From assembly GCA_964524845.1 (NCBI GenBank), contig CAZGFX010000001.1, positions 293,034 through 357,033 of the forward strand: a stretch of 64,000 bases of DNA. The letters run 5' to 3'. Within the stretch, counting starts at the first letter, position 1. Each line of letters opens with the position of its first letter. The position numbers and the translations under genes are program-made. The DNA comes from an uncultured Gammaproteobacteria bacterium. Its GTDB lineage: Bacteria > Patescibacteriota > Patescibacteriia > CAZGFX01. The notes beneath the pieces were generated by a model that was given only the letters and a program-made list of their open reading frames with translations, was not told where the DNA came from and searched no databases. Positions 1-9,859 of this stretch are shown in pieces.

Positions 1-2176
1 TATTGTATGCTCCGCAATGATTTGTATTATTTTTTATATTTATTTCACACCCATTTGATTGTGTTTTACTAGAAAAATCTTCATCAACATCAATGAAGAA
101 ATCAGTACATGCACCTCCCCACCCATCAGCAATATTTCCAACAGAATGATCAACTCGACAAACTCCTTCAACGCACGATGTTCTGTTTGTTTGTGGCAAA
201 GAACATACAAAACTACAAGCACCACAATGATCAGGATTGTTTTTTATATTTATTTCACATCCGTCAGCTGCGTTTGAATTACAATCAACATATCCGTTTA
301 AACAGCTTTTTATTCTCCAATCACCCCACGAACCGGATTTCCAACTTCCGCTCCAATCTCTTTCAATTACTCCATTTAAATAAGAATCTGTTTTTTCTTC
401 TTTATTAGAAATACAAACCCCTCTCGAAGACATTTCGGTAATATGAAAATCATTTTGACACTCACACGCAACGCCATTTCCAGATGAATATTGCACGCCC
501 TTTCCGTCCGTAATAATCATAGTTGATTGGCAAGATTGAACACGACAACCACCATCCTTACACAAAACAGAAGTTGCAAAATCTATATTACATACATCTC
601 CACACTTTCCACAATTCAATATATTATCTTTTAAACTTACTTCGCATCCGTTTGTTGCTGTTTTATCACAATCAGCAAAATTTTCCTTACACTGAATCGA
701 CGAGTACTGCCAACCGCCTGACTCAGTGTTCCATTTTTTTTGGCAATCATCACCTAAATTTCCTTCTAGCTTTTCTTCGTCGGAACATTCTGTAAAATTA
801 GAAACACACTGATTATCCTGTTTATGATATCCGTCTAAACAAGAAAATCCTTGACAATCAGCATCACACAAACCATTCTCGAAAACCCCTATACCATTTT
901 CACACACTTCCTCTGGATCAAGTATTCCATCTCCGCACTTTCTTCCAATTAGTTGAACCGACTTACACGACTCATCGCAATATGTACACGGAATACCGTA
1001 TGTTGACGATATACATTTTGTTCCGTTTTGTTCTTCTCCATAATCACATTGTTCGTCTCCGTTTTGTACTCCATCTCCACATTGCTCGTTTGCTATACAC
1101 GTTCCTTTTTTAATAAACTTACAACTTGCGTTACACTCGTATGTTTCTTGTCCAGTATATTGTCCTATTGTGCATGATTTTGTTGTTAATTGTCCTGGTT
1201 CGCACTCCTCTCCTAGATCTGATTGTACTATTGAGTCTCCACAGACTGGTTTGTTGAATACTGTGGTGCAAATAACCGTGTCATCAGAGTTTTTAGTTAA
1301 AACTTTTGAATTTTTTCCTATCCAATTAAAATCAATCTCCCAATCAATATCAGTAAACTCAAAATTCGCATATAGTGTATATGATTGTCCGTTTGGTGAT
1401 ACTTGGTAATGAAATACTCTGGAGTTTTTTGGACATACGTATGCTCCGTTTGGTCGTTCGTTTGATACTGGTATCCAGCATGTTTTTGGATCAAATCCTG
1501 CTTTTTCACATCCGTATGCATATGTGTTTATAGGATCTGTTCCTTGTACTCCAATAAGTGTTAGAAATCTCTGCCAAGAAGGCCACGCGCTTGATGTTAG
1601 ACCAGGGATGTATGTTCCTGATATAAGAGTAGGATATGTTCCATTTTTTTGTTTATATGTTTCAAGAGCTCCGGCTATTGATGTTAGTGTGTGAAGTCTT
1701 TTTTGATCTCTAAATATCTGCTCTATATTTTCGTTTGTGAAGTTCTGGAGTCCTGTTTCTGCGCGATAATCTGTAAATTTAAGATTTTTTATTATAATAT
1801 CGTACGCCTTGTTTATTGCAGAAGATGTTTTGTCTGATGTCGTCACTACATATACTCTTGTTTCGAGTTTTTGATTTGTTGGATTAAAAAATACTCCATT
1901 GATATATATGGAATTTTTATCCTTAACGGCTGGGTATCCTTTAACTGTCGTGCTTTGTGGTGTTCCTGTAAATCCTTGATCTATATACCATTTTTCAATT
2001 GGAATTTGTCTTTTGTTTTCATATACGCGAAGACCTAGGGCACCGAGTTCGGATTTTGAATTCTGTGCAAAAACAACAACACCAAGAACAACAAAAAGAC
2101 AACTAACAATTCCGATTTTTATCGGTAATAATATGTTTGAAAAGTATGGTGTTTTGCCTTTCCTTTTGGACAACAT
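1..2176 (-). CDS. Large secreted Cys-rich surface protein with a pilin/GspG-like segment and myxobacterial-type Cys repeats; partial, runs off the window start
   Basis: Missing from the ORF track because no stop is reached. Hand-translated from ATG 2176 (MLSKRKGKTPYFSNILLPIKIGIVSCLFVVLGVVVFAQ). Contains RDQKRLHTLTSIAGALETYKQKNGTYP, CGDGVQNGDEQCDYG, CGDGILDPEEVC and DCDKTATNGCEVSLKDNILNCGKCG in one frame. Confidence 0.85.
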   Translation of the reverse strand, partial: MLSKRKGKTPYFSNILLPIKIGIVSCLFVVLGVVVFAQNSKSELGALGLRVYENKRQIPIEKWYIDQGFTGTPQSTTVKGYPAVKDKNSIYINGVFFNPTNQKLETRVYVVTTSDKTSSAINKAYDIIIKNLKFTDYRAETGLQNFTNENIEQIFRDQKRLHTLTSIAGALETYKQKNGTYPTLISGTYIPGLTSSAWPSWQRFLTLIGVQGTDPINTYAYGCEKAGFDPKTCWIPVSNERPNGAYVCPKNSRVFHYQVSPNGQSYTLYANFEFTDIDWEIDFNWIGKNSKVLTKNSDDTVICTTVFNKPVCGDSIVQSDLGEECEPGQLTTKSCTIGQYTGQETYECNASCKFIKKGTCIANEQCGDGVQNGDEQCDYGEEQNGTKCISSTYGIPCTYCDESCKSVQLIGRKCGDGILDPEEVCENGIGVFENGLCDADCQGFSCLDGYHKQDNQCVSNFTECSDEEKLEGNLGDDCQKKWNTESGGWQYSSIQCKENFADCDKTATNGCEVSLKDNILNCGKCGDVCNIDFATSVLCKDGGCRVQSCQSTMIITDGKGVQYSSGNGVACECQNDFHITEMSSRGVCISNKEEKTDSYLNGVIERDWSGSWKSGSWGDWRIKSCLNGYVDCNSNAADGCEINIKNNPDHCGACSFVCSLPQTNRTSCVEGVCRVDHSVGNIADGWGGACTDFFIDVDEDFSSKTQSNGCEINIKNNTNHCGAYN

Positions 2177-2295
2177 GAGTTTTATCCGTTGCTTTAATTA
2201 TATCATATTTTTGCTTTTTTTCATATATCTACAATTAATATACCGGCTTAATAATTTAGTTTGTTTTTATATTGCTCATTCGTTACAATAAGCAC

Positions 2296-3396
2296 ATGGA
2301 AAAAATAGAAAAAACAATTATTTTACATGATTATCTAATGCACAGGGGCGGCGGCGAACGCCTGATACTCACGCTTGCAGAAGCTTTCGACGCACCCCTT
2401 GTTACAGGATTTATCAATCCAAATTCATTTAAAGGAGAAGATTTTGGTGTGGAGACAATATCTCTAGGAAAACCAATATCATATCCAGGATTCAGATATT
2501 TAGGTATTCAATATCGCTTCAGACATAAGACTGATTTTTTGAAAAATTATGATATAGCAATATTCTCTGCGAATTGTATCGCCGCCGCCCGAAATTGTAG
2601 AAAAGATACTTTAAAAATATTCTATTGTCATACACCAATCAGAAATGCGTATGATTTATACGAATTTCATTTATCCAGAATGCCTTGGTGGAAAAAGGTT
2701 CCTTATATAATATTTTGTAAGTTTATAAGATTTAATTATAAAAGAGATTTACGATTTATAGATGTCGTCGTCGTAAATTCAAAAAATGTACAAGACAGAG
2801 TGAAAAGATATCTTCACAGAGATTCCGTCATAGTATATCCACCCATTGATACAGAAAAATTCAAATGGATATCACAAGGAGATTATTATCTTTCTTATGC
2901 ACGAGTGGATCTTGTTAAGCGAGTAGTTGATATTGCGCGCGCGTTTCTTGAGATGCCTGATAAAAAATTAATTATCGCCTCCACTGGGACGGAAGTTGAA
3001 AAATTACAAGAGTTGATTTCGCGCGCGCCTAATATCACTTATGTTGGATGTGTAACAGATGATGAACTTAGAAAACTAGTTGGAAATTGCATTGCCACAA
3101 TATATATACCAAAAGACGAGGATTTTGGCATGTCTCCACTCGAATCAATGTCTGCCGGGAAGCCGTGTATCGGAGTTGCGGAAGGGGGTTTACTTGAAAC
3201 AATATCTGATGGTATAGACGGTGTATTAATACCAAAGAACCCATCGACAAAAGATATTATTGATGGAGTTAAAAAACTTTCTCCTGAAATGTGTTTAAAA
3301 ATGAGAAACGCATGTGTTGATAAAGCTCAAAAATTCTCAATAGAAGTTTTTGTTAACGCAATGAAAAAAATTATTAATGAGACATATTCTCATTAA
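2296..3396 (+). CDS. Glycosyltransferase family 4 (GT-B)
   Basis: HDYLMHRGGGER N-terminus and EDFGMSPLESMSAGKPCIG motif; ATG 2296 preferred over TTG 2272. Confidence 0.9.
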   Translation: MEKIEKTIILHDYLMHRGGGERLILTLAEAFDAPLVTGFINPNSFKGEDFGVETISLGKPISYPGFRYLGIQYRFRHKTDFLKNYDIAIFSANCIAAARNCRKDTLKIFYCHTPIRNAYDLYEFHLSRMPWWKKVPYIIFCKFIRFNYKRDLRFIDVVVVNSKNVQDRVKRYLHRDSVIVYPPIDTEKFKWISQGDYYLSYARVDLVKRVVDIARAFLEMPDKKLIIASTGTEVEKLQELISRAPNITYVGCVTDDELRKLVGNCIATIYIPKDEDFGMSPLESMSAGKPCIGVAEGGLLETISDGIDGVLIPKNPSTKDIIDGVKKLSPEMCLKMRNACVDKAQKFSIEVFVNAMKKIINETYSH

Positions 3397-3482
3397 TGAT
3401 AAGGTGAGTTTTTTTGTTCGAAATATTTATTATGATTTACTTACACAAAAAAAGTCACGGGTTTCGCCTGTAAAAACATTTT

Positions 3483-4172
3483 TTATTTCTTCCTGGCCCT
3501 CAATACAAAAAACTTCCTTCCTTCTTTGAGCCACTCCGTCTCATACTCTGTAATCGGATCATTATATAACTTTTGTGCTTCAATAAATGCTCGTGGTGAA
3601 TATCCTGTACGATCAAGATTCTCTGCGTTTCGATAATCGCACGAAACAAAAAATATTTCAAACAAACGAGCAATTTCAATTAAAGAATATTCGAAAAATC
3701 TTCTGTGGTCCGTTTTTAACCATAATTCCCCTCCGACGGACAAAAACGAATTATACCAAGCGAGAAACTTCGGATGTGTTACTCTATGTTTCGTTTCTCT
3801 TCTTTTTTCTTGTGGCTCCGGACAATTTATTATTATTCTAAAAACCTCCCCTTTGGAAAATATCTTTTCTCCTTTTTCAATATCAAGACATACGAACTTA
3901 ATATTCGAAATACCTGCATCAACTCCTTTATTATACGCCTGCATCGTGCGGTCGCGGGCATACTCTATTCCAATATAATTATATTCTGGGTGTTGTTGTG
4001 CCATCTCTATCAAATATCCGCCGCGACCGCACCCGATTTCTACAATAATAGGCTTATCTGGCTCAAGAAAAAGCCCCTTCCATTTACCATGGTAAGTATT
4101 CGATGCCTCGGATCCCTTAATTATCGATTTACACTGATCGCACTCGTTCTTATATTGTTGTTTACGCCTCAT
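3483..4172 (-). CDS. trmB: tRNA (guanine-N7)-methyltransferase
   Basis: VEIGCGRG SAM motif, NYIGIE, PEPQEKRRETKHR, KTD and TEYE motifs. Confidence 0.9.
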   Translation of the reverse strand: MRRKQQYKNECDQCKSIIKGSEASNTYHGKWKGLFLEPDKPIIVEIGCGRGGYLIEMAQQHPEYNYIGIEYARDRTMQAYNKGVDAGISNIKFVCLDIEKGEKIFSKGEVFRIIINCPEPQEKRRETKHRVTHPKFLAWYNSFLSVGGELWLKTDHRRFFEYSLIEIARLFEIFFVSCDYRNAENLDRTGYSPRAFIEAQKLYNDPITEYETEWLKEGRKFFVLRARKK

Positions 4173-4199
4173 ATTAACCGCTTTGGTGTTTTTTATTAA

Positions 4200-4979
4200 T
4201 TATTTCAAAAAATAAAACAGTGTTAAAATAATCGCACCAAGTATAATTCTATAAACACCGAATACGAAAAAATTGTGCTCGGACACATATCGAACAAACC
4301 ATGTAATAATAATACGAGCAATAATAAAAGAAACAATAAATCCCACAACCAGAACATTTATCTCGTGTGCGGTGAGAGATCCTCCCCATGTAAATAATGA
4401 GTACACCGAGGCGGCTAACAACGTCGGTATCGCAAGAAAAAAACTAAACTCAGTAGCTTCTTTTCTTTCGATTCCCTGCACAAGTCCTCCATATATAGAA
4501 GCAAATGAACGTGATGTACCTGGAATAAGTGCAAGGCATTGAAATAATCCTATTATAAAAGATGTTTTATATGTAATTGAAGTGTGTATTGGTCGAACGT
4601 ATTTTTCAATCGGAAAAAGCATAACACAACCTCCAATAACCAGTGCACTTGCAACAACAAGTGGAGAAAACAAAATATTAATATAATCTTTCAAAAAAAA
4701 TCCAACTATAAGTGATGGAATAACTCCTATAATAATAGCTCCAAGTGTTTTTTTGTTCTCGTTTGTTGTTGGTTTTAACCGAGTAAAATAAATTACAATA
4801 ACCGACAAAAGCGCTCCAAACTGAATCACAATATCAAATAGTTTTGTAAATTCCGAGTTACCGTTTAGATTTCCAAGCCACTCGTTCGCTAAAATTAAAT
4901 GACCGGTTGATGATACCGGTATAAACTCAGTCACTCCCTCTATAATTGCTAGAAATATGCTGTAAAAAAAATCGTACAT
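4200..4979 (-). CDS. uppP: Undecaprenyl-diphosphatase
   Basis: EGVTEFIPVSSTGHL and PGTSRS motifs, multiple TM segments. Confidence 0.95.
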   Translation of the reverse strand: MYDFFYSIFLAIIEGVTEFIPVSSTGHLILANEWLGNLNGNSEFTKLFDIVIQFGALLSVIVIYFTRLKPTTNENKKTLGAIIIGVIPSLIVGFFLKDYINILFSPLVVASALVIGGCVMLFPIEKYVRPIHTSITYKTSFIIGLFQCLALIPGTSRSFASIYGGLVQGIERKEATEFSFFLAIPTLLAASVYSLFTWGGSLTAHEINVLVVGFIVSFIIARIIITWFVRYVSEHNFFVFGVYRIILGAIILTLFYFLK

Positions 4980-5002
4980 ATAAAAAATATTGTAGTCCTA
5001 TG

Positions 5003-5758
5003 TTACGCCGCTTCGTTCCACTCATCGAGTGCTTTCATTTGCTTTTTGGTTGCTGTACTATTTTTTTTAATTTGTTCTTGATTGTCGAGAATAAATTTTT
5101 CAAATGAATCTTTTGTTTTTTTATTCAAATCTCCTTTTGCAAAACCAATATCAACAACAACTCCTAATAAAAAAAGGCTTTGTTCGTTGATAATTTCCGG
5201 TGTATTTTTTTGAATAACACCTTTATCTTTTTCAGGAAGTTTATTAATAAGTGTATTTAATAAAAAAATAGATGATTTTTTAAGATATTCTTGAGTAATA
5301 TTAATATCTTCGTCAGCTTCTTTATATTCTTTCTCTACACCAATTAAACTACCAGGCTTCTTTCCATTAATTACTTCTTCTAATTTTAATTTTTTAATAA
5401 GTTTAAATGCATATTTTTCAGCAATTTCTGATTTTTTATAAGAAGAACTATCTTTAATATTTGCTATTTCCTGTTCTATTAAAGGTAGTTTTCCTATACG
5501 TTCTGTTCGAGAAAAAAACATTAATTCCCGAAACTTGCTTTTTACATAATTTCCTAAATTTGAGTCATCTTTTTTCAATTCTGTAGAAATATCAAAAAAA
5601 TCCTCTTGTCGTGGCCTAGAAAGAGTTGCGTCTGATTCTCTTATTTGTGAGATCAGTGCGTCCTTTTCTAACAAATCAGCATCCTTATCTTTTCCACTTT
5701 CCTCTTTTCCATTAGGTGCCTCATAAGAACCAAGATGATCCATTTTTTCTATAGACAT
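5003..5758 (-). CDS. Hypothetical charged protein
   Basis: 251-aa Lys/Glu-rich ORF, no motif recognised. Confidence 0.65.
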   Translation of the reverse strand: MSIEKMDHLGSYEAPNGKEESGKDKDADLLEKDALISQIRESDATLSRPRQEDFFDISTELKKDDSNLGNYVKSKFRELMFFSRTERIGKLPLIEQEIANIKDSSSYKKSEIAEKYAFKLIKKLKLEEVINGKKPGSLIGVEKEYKEADEDINITQEYLKKSSIFLLNTLINKLPEKDKGVIQKNTPEIINEQSLFLLGVVVDIGFAKGDLNKKTKDSFEKFILDNQEQIKKNSTATKKQMKALDEWNEAA

Positions 5759-5863
5759 AGCAAAAAAATTGATTTTTCCTATTAGAATAACTAGTATGAC
5801 ATTAGAAATAACTACAAATAAATTATATCATAAAAACTATAATAAAACAATGAGGAGTTTTTC

Positions 5864-6409
5864 ATGAAAAAATACGATCCTGACGAAACCAGAAGAAAAT
5901 TATTTAAATTATTGAGCGGATATGGACAGACAATACAAAGATCTGAACAAATCGACACAATCCAAAAAACAATTTATGAGTGGGTGCAAACACACAAGAA
6001 TCGGGTTAATATTGATTTTAAAAAAGATCTGGATAATATATTTAAAACATCAAGCCTGAAAAAGAAAAACTACGCTGCATATGTTCTTTTTCCTATCTAT
6101 ATACAAGCTCTTGCGCACATTGTAATTAACAGAAAAGCTATTACCAAAAAAGATAAATCACAACATTTGTTTTTAGTAAAAAGAATTATTAAAGAAAAAT
6201 TGAACGAGAATAATATCTTCCCAACAAAAGATAGTGTTAAAAAATTTATTGAAAAATTAACAGAAAAATATAAAGAATTATTCGAAGATGATGAATTCAA
6301 GCCATCTGTCGAAACGTTTTTCTTCCTAATAAAAACAGTTGAGGAATGTTGTTATGAAGACACCATTCTTCCGAACACGTTTAAAATATGGCGCAACGCC
6401 ATATGGTAA
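5864..6409 (+). CDS. Hypothetical protein
   Basis: 181-aa ORF, GAGGAG SD upstream, hairpin terminator near 6439-6466. Confidence 0.65.
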   Translation: MKKYDPDETRRKLFKLLSGYGQTIQRSEQIDTIQKTIYEWVQTHKNRVNIDFKKDLDNIFKTSSLKKKNYAAYVLFPIYIQALAHIVINRKAITKKDKSQHLFLVKRIIKEKLNENNIFPTKDSVKKFIEKLTEKYKELFEDDEFKPSVETFFFLIKTVEECCYEDTILPNTFKIWRNAIW

Positions 6410-6520
6410 ATAATATCTACCATTGAACAACTAATTATAAACCACCTTACAAAGGTGGTTTTTTTATAGACAAAGAAAAATAATTACTGTACTGTACCAT
6501 CATGTTTGAAAACTTAATAT

Positions 6521-6605
6521 GGACACGTGGCGAAATTGGTATACGCGTACGCTTCAGGAGCGTATGGAGCAATCCGTGAGGGTTCAAATCCCTCCGTGTC
6601 CACCA
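6521..6605 (+). tRNA. tRNA-Leu(CAG)
   Basis: GGACACG/CGTGTCC acceptor stem, anticodon loop TTCAGGA, long variable arm, GGTTCAAATCC, encoded CCA. Confidence 0.95.
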
Positions 6606-6710
6606 TTCTTTTCATACAAAAAACAAGCCATGAAAAGCTTGTCTTTTTTTATTTGTGATAAATTACAATCTTCCTTTTTGAATACAAATTACTTTTAAGA
6701 AATATTTTGT

Positions 6711-7859
6711 TTAATATTGATATTTAACCCACCCGTCTTTAGTAAATGTTTGAAGATATGCTTTTCTCCGAGAATTTCCTAATGAATCAAAATCTAATAT
6801 TCCAGCCGCTCCGTTTATTTTAATTTTTCTTAATTCCTTTACTAGATTTTGTGTTGATAAATCTGGTCCAGCCGCTTTTACAACCTTAGCAATAGCATAA
6901 ATATCGTCATATGTATAAGCAGAATCTCCAATAGGATCCTCTTTATATATTTCCTTATATTTTTTAATAAATTCTGCCGATGTTGTATTATTTTTATCTA
7001 ATGAATACCATAAATCAATAACATGCATTTGAAGTAAGGTATCATTTAGTTGTTGATACATAAAAGGAAAACCATATGTCGTGGCTCCAGCAAATAATTT
7101 AAGATTATCAAGGCCAAGAAGTTTGATTTGTTTTGTTATGTTAATGGCTTCATTGCCTGGAAAAGCATAAACCAAAATAGCGTCTGGCTTATTATTTTTT
7201 AATTTTAATAATTGTGTTTTAAAATCCTGATCACCAAAATTGAAATTTTCAATCGTTGTTTTTATATTTCCGACTTCATTAGTAAGGCCATTCAAAAAAA
7301 ATTTTGTATCAGAATAATTTAAAGCAAGAACCCCTAGATTTCTAACTTTTTCTTTAATTATTGCTTCCCCAATCGCTGAACCCGCATCTTGCATATCCCA
7401 ATAATCTCTAAATATCTTATTTCCATCACCAATTTTAGAAACAGTTATTGCAAAATTGATCACATCTTTTTGTTTTATAATTGGAGCAATGGCCTCAGTT
7501 TGAGCGGAAAAACTAGTAAACAAAAATTTCACCTTATCAATATCAATTAATTTATTTGCCGCACTTAATGAATTTGAGACTTTTCCACCATCGTCTTCAA
7601 TAATTAAATGCAGTTTTTTGCCATCCACGCCTCCTTTATTATTAATTTCATTAACAGCCATTTCGAGACCTCTTCTATATTCAACACCATAAGAAGCAAG
7701 CGAACTGGTTAAATCAAGAATTGCGCCAATTTTAATGATTTCATCATTTACTATTTTTTGAGTATTTTTATTAAAGTTCAAAACAAAAACAGATAGGAAA
7801 AATAGAATAATTATACAAATAATTATTTTCGTTCCTTTTTTTATTTTTAAAAAACCCAT
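6711..7859 (-). CDS. Branched-chain amino acid-type ABC substrate-binding protein (LivJ/K-like), no transporter genes adjacent
   Basis: N-terminal TM, IKIGAILDLT...G....RGLEMAVNEINNKGGVDGKKL, DFKTQLLKLK. Confidence 0.85.
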   Translation of the reverse strand: MGFLKIKKGTKIIICIIILFFLSVFVLNFNKNTQKIVNDEIIKIGAILDLTSSLASYGVEYRRGLEMAVNEINNKGGVDGKKLHLIIEDDGGKVSNSLSAANKLIDIDKVKFLFTSFSAQTEAIAPIIKQKDVINFAITVSKIGDGNKIFRDYWDMQDAGSAIGEAIIKEKVRNLGVLALNYSDTKFFLNGLTNEVGNIKTTIENFNFGDQDFKTQLLKLKNNKPDAILVYAFPGNEAINITKQIKLLGLDNLKLFAGATTYGFPFMYQQLNDTLLQMHVIDLWYSLDKNNTTSAEFIKKYKEIYKEDPIGDSAYTYDDIYAIAKVVKAAGPDLSTQNLVKELRKIKINGAAGILDFDSLGNSRRKAYLQTFTKDGWVKYQY

Positions 7860-7940
7860 AATAATTTATATTTAAATAAATTAAATCTAATAATAACTAA
7901 TTTATTAAAATACTTCTAATAATCATTATTTATTATATAA

Positions 7941-9020
7941 TTACAATCTTCCTTTATTTATTTGTTCTTTTTGGGCGACAAAATAAATATCCAGAAGAGC
8001 TAGAAAGACAGCCACAATAAGTGGGCCATATACGATGCCCATAATCCCAAACACATTAATTCCCCCAAGAATCGCTAGAAAAATTATAAGAGGATGAACT
8101 TTTATCTTATCGCCAATAACCATCGGTTTTATAACATTATCAACTGATGAAACAATAATCATATTGTATGCTAGAAATCCTATCGCAGGCCACACGTCTC
8201 CCGTTATAAAAAGATATAATGCCGCAGGAATAAATATAATCGCCGTGCCGAACATTGGTATGAATGCCATGATCATCATAATAACTCCCCAAAGCACCGG
8301 CGCGCTTATTCCAAACATCCAAAAACCAAGGCCTCCTAATAATCCTTGTGCGAGTGCGGAAACAAAATTTCCAAAAAACACCGCACGTGCCACCTCTTTA
8401 AACGTATGATACATATACATTTCCTCTTTCGTTTTTAGAGGGCTTAGTCGAATCAAAAAATCTCCAAGCACTGGACCGTCTTTTAAAAGATAATATACAG
8501 TCATCATCATGATGAAGAAACCAACAACAAGTTGGACTACATCAGAAAAAATACCACCAATCTGATTTGAAAGAGATAATCCTATGTTCTTCACCGCTGG
8601 CAAAGCCTGATCCTGAATTACCTGAACGATATCAATATGAAGGCGTTGGGATGTTGAATCGACAAATCTCGCAATAGGGTGTCCGCTTTGAAGAAACGCA
8701 TTTACGTCGGTCGCGAGCACCTGATCTCGCGCAATGGTAAAAATATGGAAGGCTTCTTTTGATAAGACAGTAAGTAAAGAGCTTATCGGACCCAGAATTA
8801 ATATTGCGAGTATAATCACAATGATAATTCCAGCCAATCCTTTGCGCCCTTTGAACTTACCGACAAGCCAGTCGTACCATTTGTAAGAAAGTGCGGCAAA
8901 AGCGGCCCCAAGAACGAGCGGGGTAAAAAATCCGCTTAATACATACAATAAAAAACCAAAGAAAAAGACCACTAGAGCTATAATGATAATATAATGGACA
9001 CTAACTGTATTTGAACTCAT
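7941..9020 (-). CDS. AI-2E family (PerM/YdiK-like) transporter
   Basis: Multi-TM; DNVIKP...VHPLIIFLAILGG...FGIMGIVYGP signature. Confidence 0.9.
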   Translation of the reverse strand: MSSNTVSVHYIIIIALVVFFFGFLLYVLSGFFTPLVLGAAFAALSYKWYDWLVGKFKGRKGLAGIIIVIILAILILGPISSLLTVLSKEAFHIFTIARDQVLATDVNAFLQSGHPIARFVDSTSQRLHIDIVQVIQDQALPAVKNIGLSLSNQIGGIFSDVVQLVVGFFIMMMTVYYLLKDGPVLGDFLIRLSPLKTKEEMYMYHTFKEVARAVFFGNFVSALAQGLLGGLGFWMFGISAPVLWGVIMMIMAFIPMFGTAIIFIPAALYLFITGDVWPAIGFLAYNMIIVSSVDNVIKPMVIGDKIKVHPLIIFLAILGGINVFGIMGIVYGPLIVAVFLALLDIYFVAQKEQINKGRL

Positions 9021-9082
9021 ATTTAAATATTCGCTTATATTGTATCATGATCCGAAACGATAAAAAAGACATTATATATAAA

Positions 9083-9367
9083 ATTATTCGCGCCATGGTC
9101 GGAGATACCCCGCACGATTCACTCCGTTCATCTGCAGGTCACGTCGCTCGCGAGTGATGTGACGGGCCACGTCGTTCGCGCGAACGACGTGGCTGGGCGA
9201 GCCGGACAATAACGATACAATTCTATATAAAATATTTTCTGTGCAATATTATTCGCGCCATGGTCGGAGATACCCCGCACGATTCACTCCGTTCATCTGC
9301 GGGGCGAGCGGGACAACAACAATACAATTCTATATAAAATGTTTTCTGTGCAATATTGTTCGCGCCA
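9083..9367 (-). repeat. tRNA-Pro(GGG) 3'-side array: two extra copies of the tRNA 3' end, each with an inserted hairpin
   Basis: TGGTCGGAGATAC at 9096, 9261 and 9368 (the real tRNA). Periods are 165 bp (58 bp of nested palindromes) and 107 bp. Confidence 0.9.
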
Positions 9368-9444
9368 TGGTCGGAGATACGGGACTTGAACCCGTGGCCT
9401 CAAGCACCCCATGCTTGCGCGCTAGCCAACTGCGCTAATCTCCG
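9368..9444 (-). tRNA. tRNA-Pro(GGG)
   Basis: Cloverleaf on minus strand, anticodon arm CAAGC-ATGGGGT-GCTTG, CCA end. Confidence 0.95.
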
Positions 9445-9553
9445 ATAAATAAGATTGATAGTTTATAAAATTTTTCTACTCATAAAGCAAAAATATTTTG
9501 GTAACCTGCCCCGCGGACGAGTGGTAACGAGTCTTGCGGGGCGCTAATCCCCG
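9445..9553 (-). repeat. tRNA-Pro 5'-side unit (55-nt spacer, GGTAAC, hairpin, tRNA 5' fragment)
   Basis: GCGCTAATCCCCG at 9541-9553 resembles the tRNA 5' end; CCCCGC...GCGGGG hairpin. Confidence 0.85.
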
Positions 9554-9569
9554 ACCACAGCACGAAGAA

Positions 9570-9854
9570 TTATAAACTCTTTTTATCTTTCGAATAAAAA
9601 TCTACTGATTCGTGAAATATATGCCGATAGATCTTTCTAATAAGAGGTTTTCTAACAAGGTGTTTTTCTGAAATACGATTAATAATTTCGTTTTCTCTTT
9701 TTTTATCCTTAACACCAATTGATTCTTCTTGTTTTATTTTCATAATTTCACGAACAATTTCAAATCGTTCCACAAGAAGCATACAAAGAGCATCATCAAT
9801 ACGATCAATGTGTTCTCTGTATTTTTTAATTTTCTTTTTTATTTCCTCTTCCAT
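9570..9854 (-). CDS. Stand-alone AroQ-type chorismate mutase domain protein
   Basis: YREHIDRIDD...ERF...KIK...DKKRENEII pattern matches AroQ catalytic Arg/Arg/Lys/Asp/Glu positions. Confidence 0.8.
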   Translation of the reverse strand: MEEEIKKKIKKYREHIDRIDDALCMLLVERFEIVREIMKIKQEESIGVKDKKRENEIINRISEKHLVRKPLIRKIYRHIFHESVDFYSKDKKSL

Positions 9855-9859
9855 ATCAA

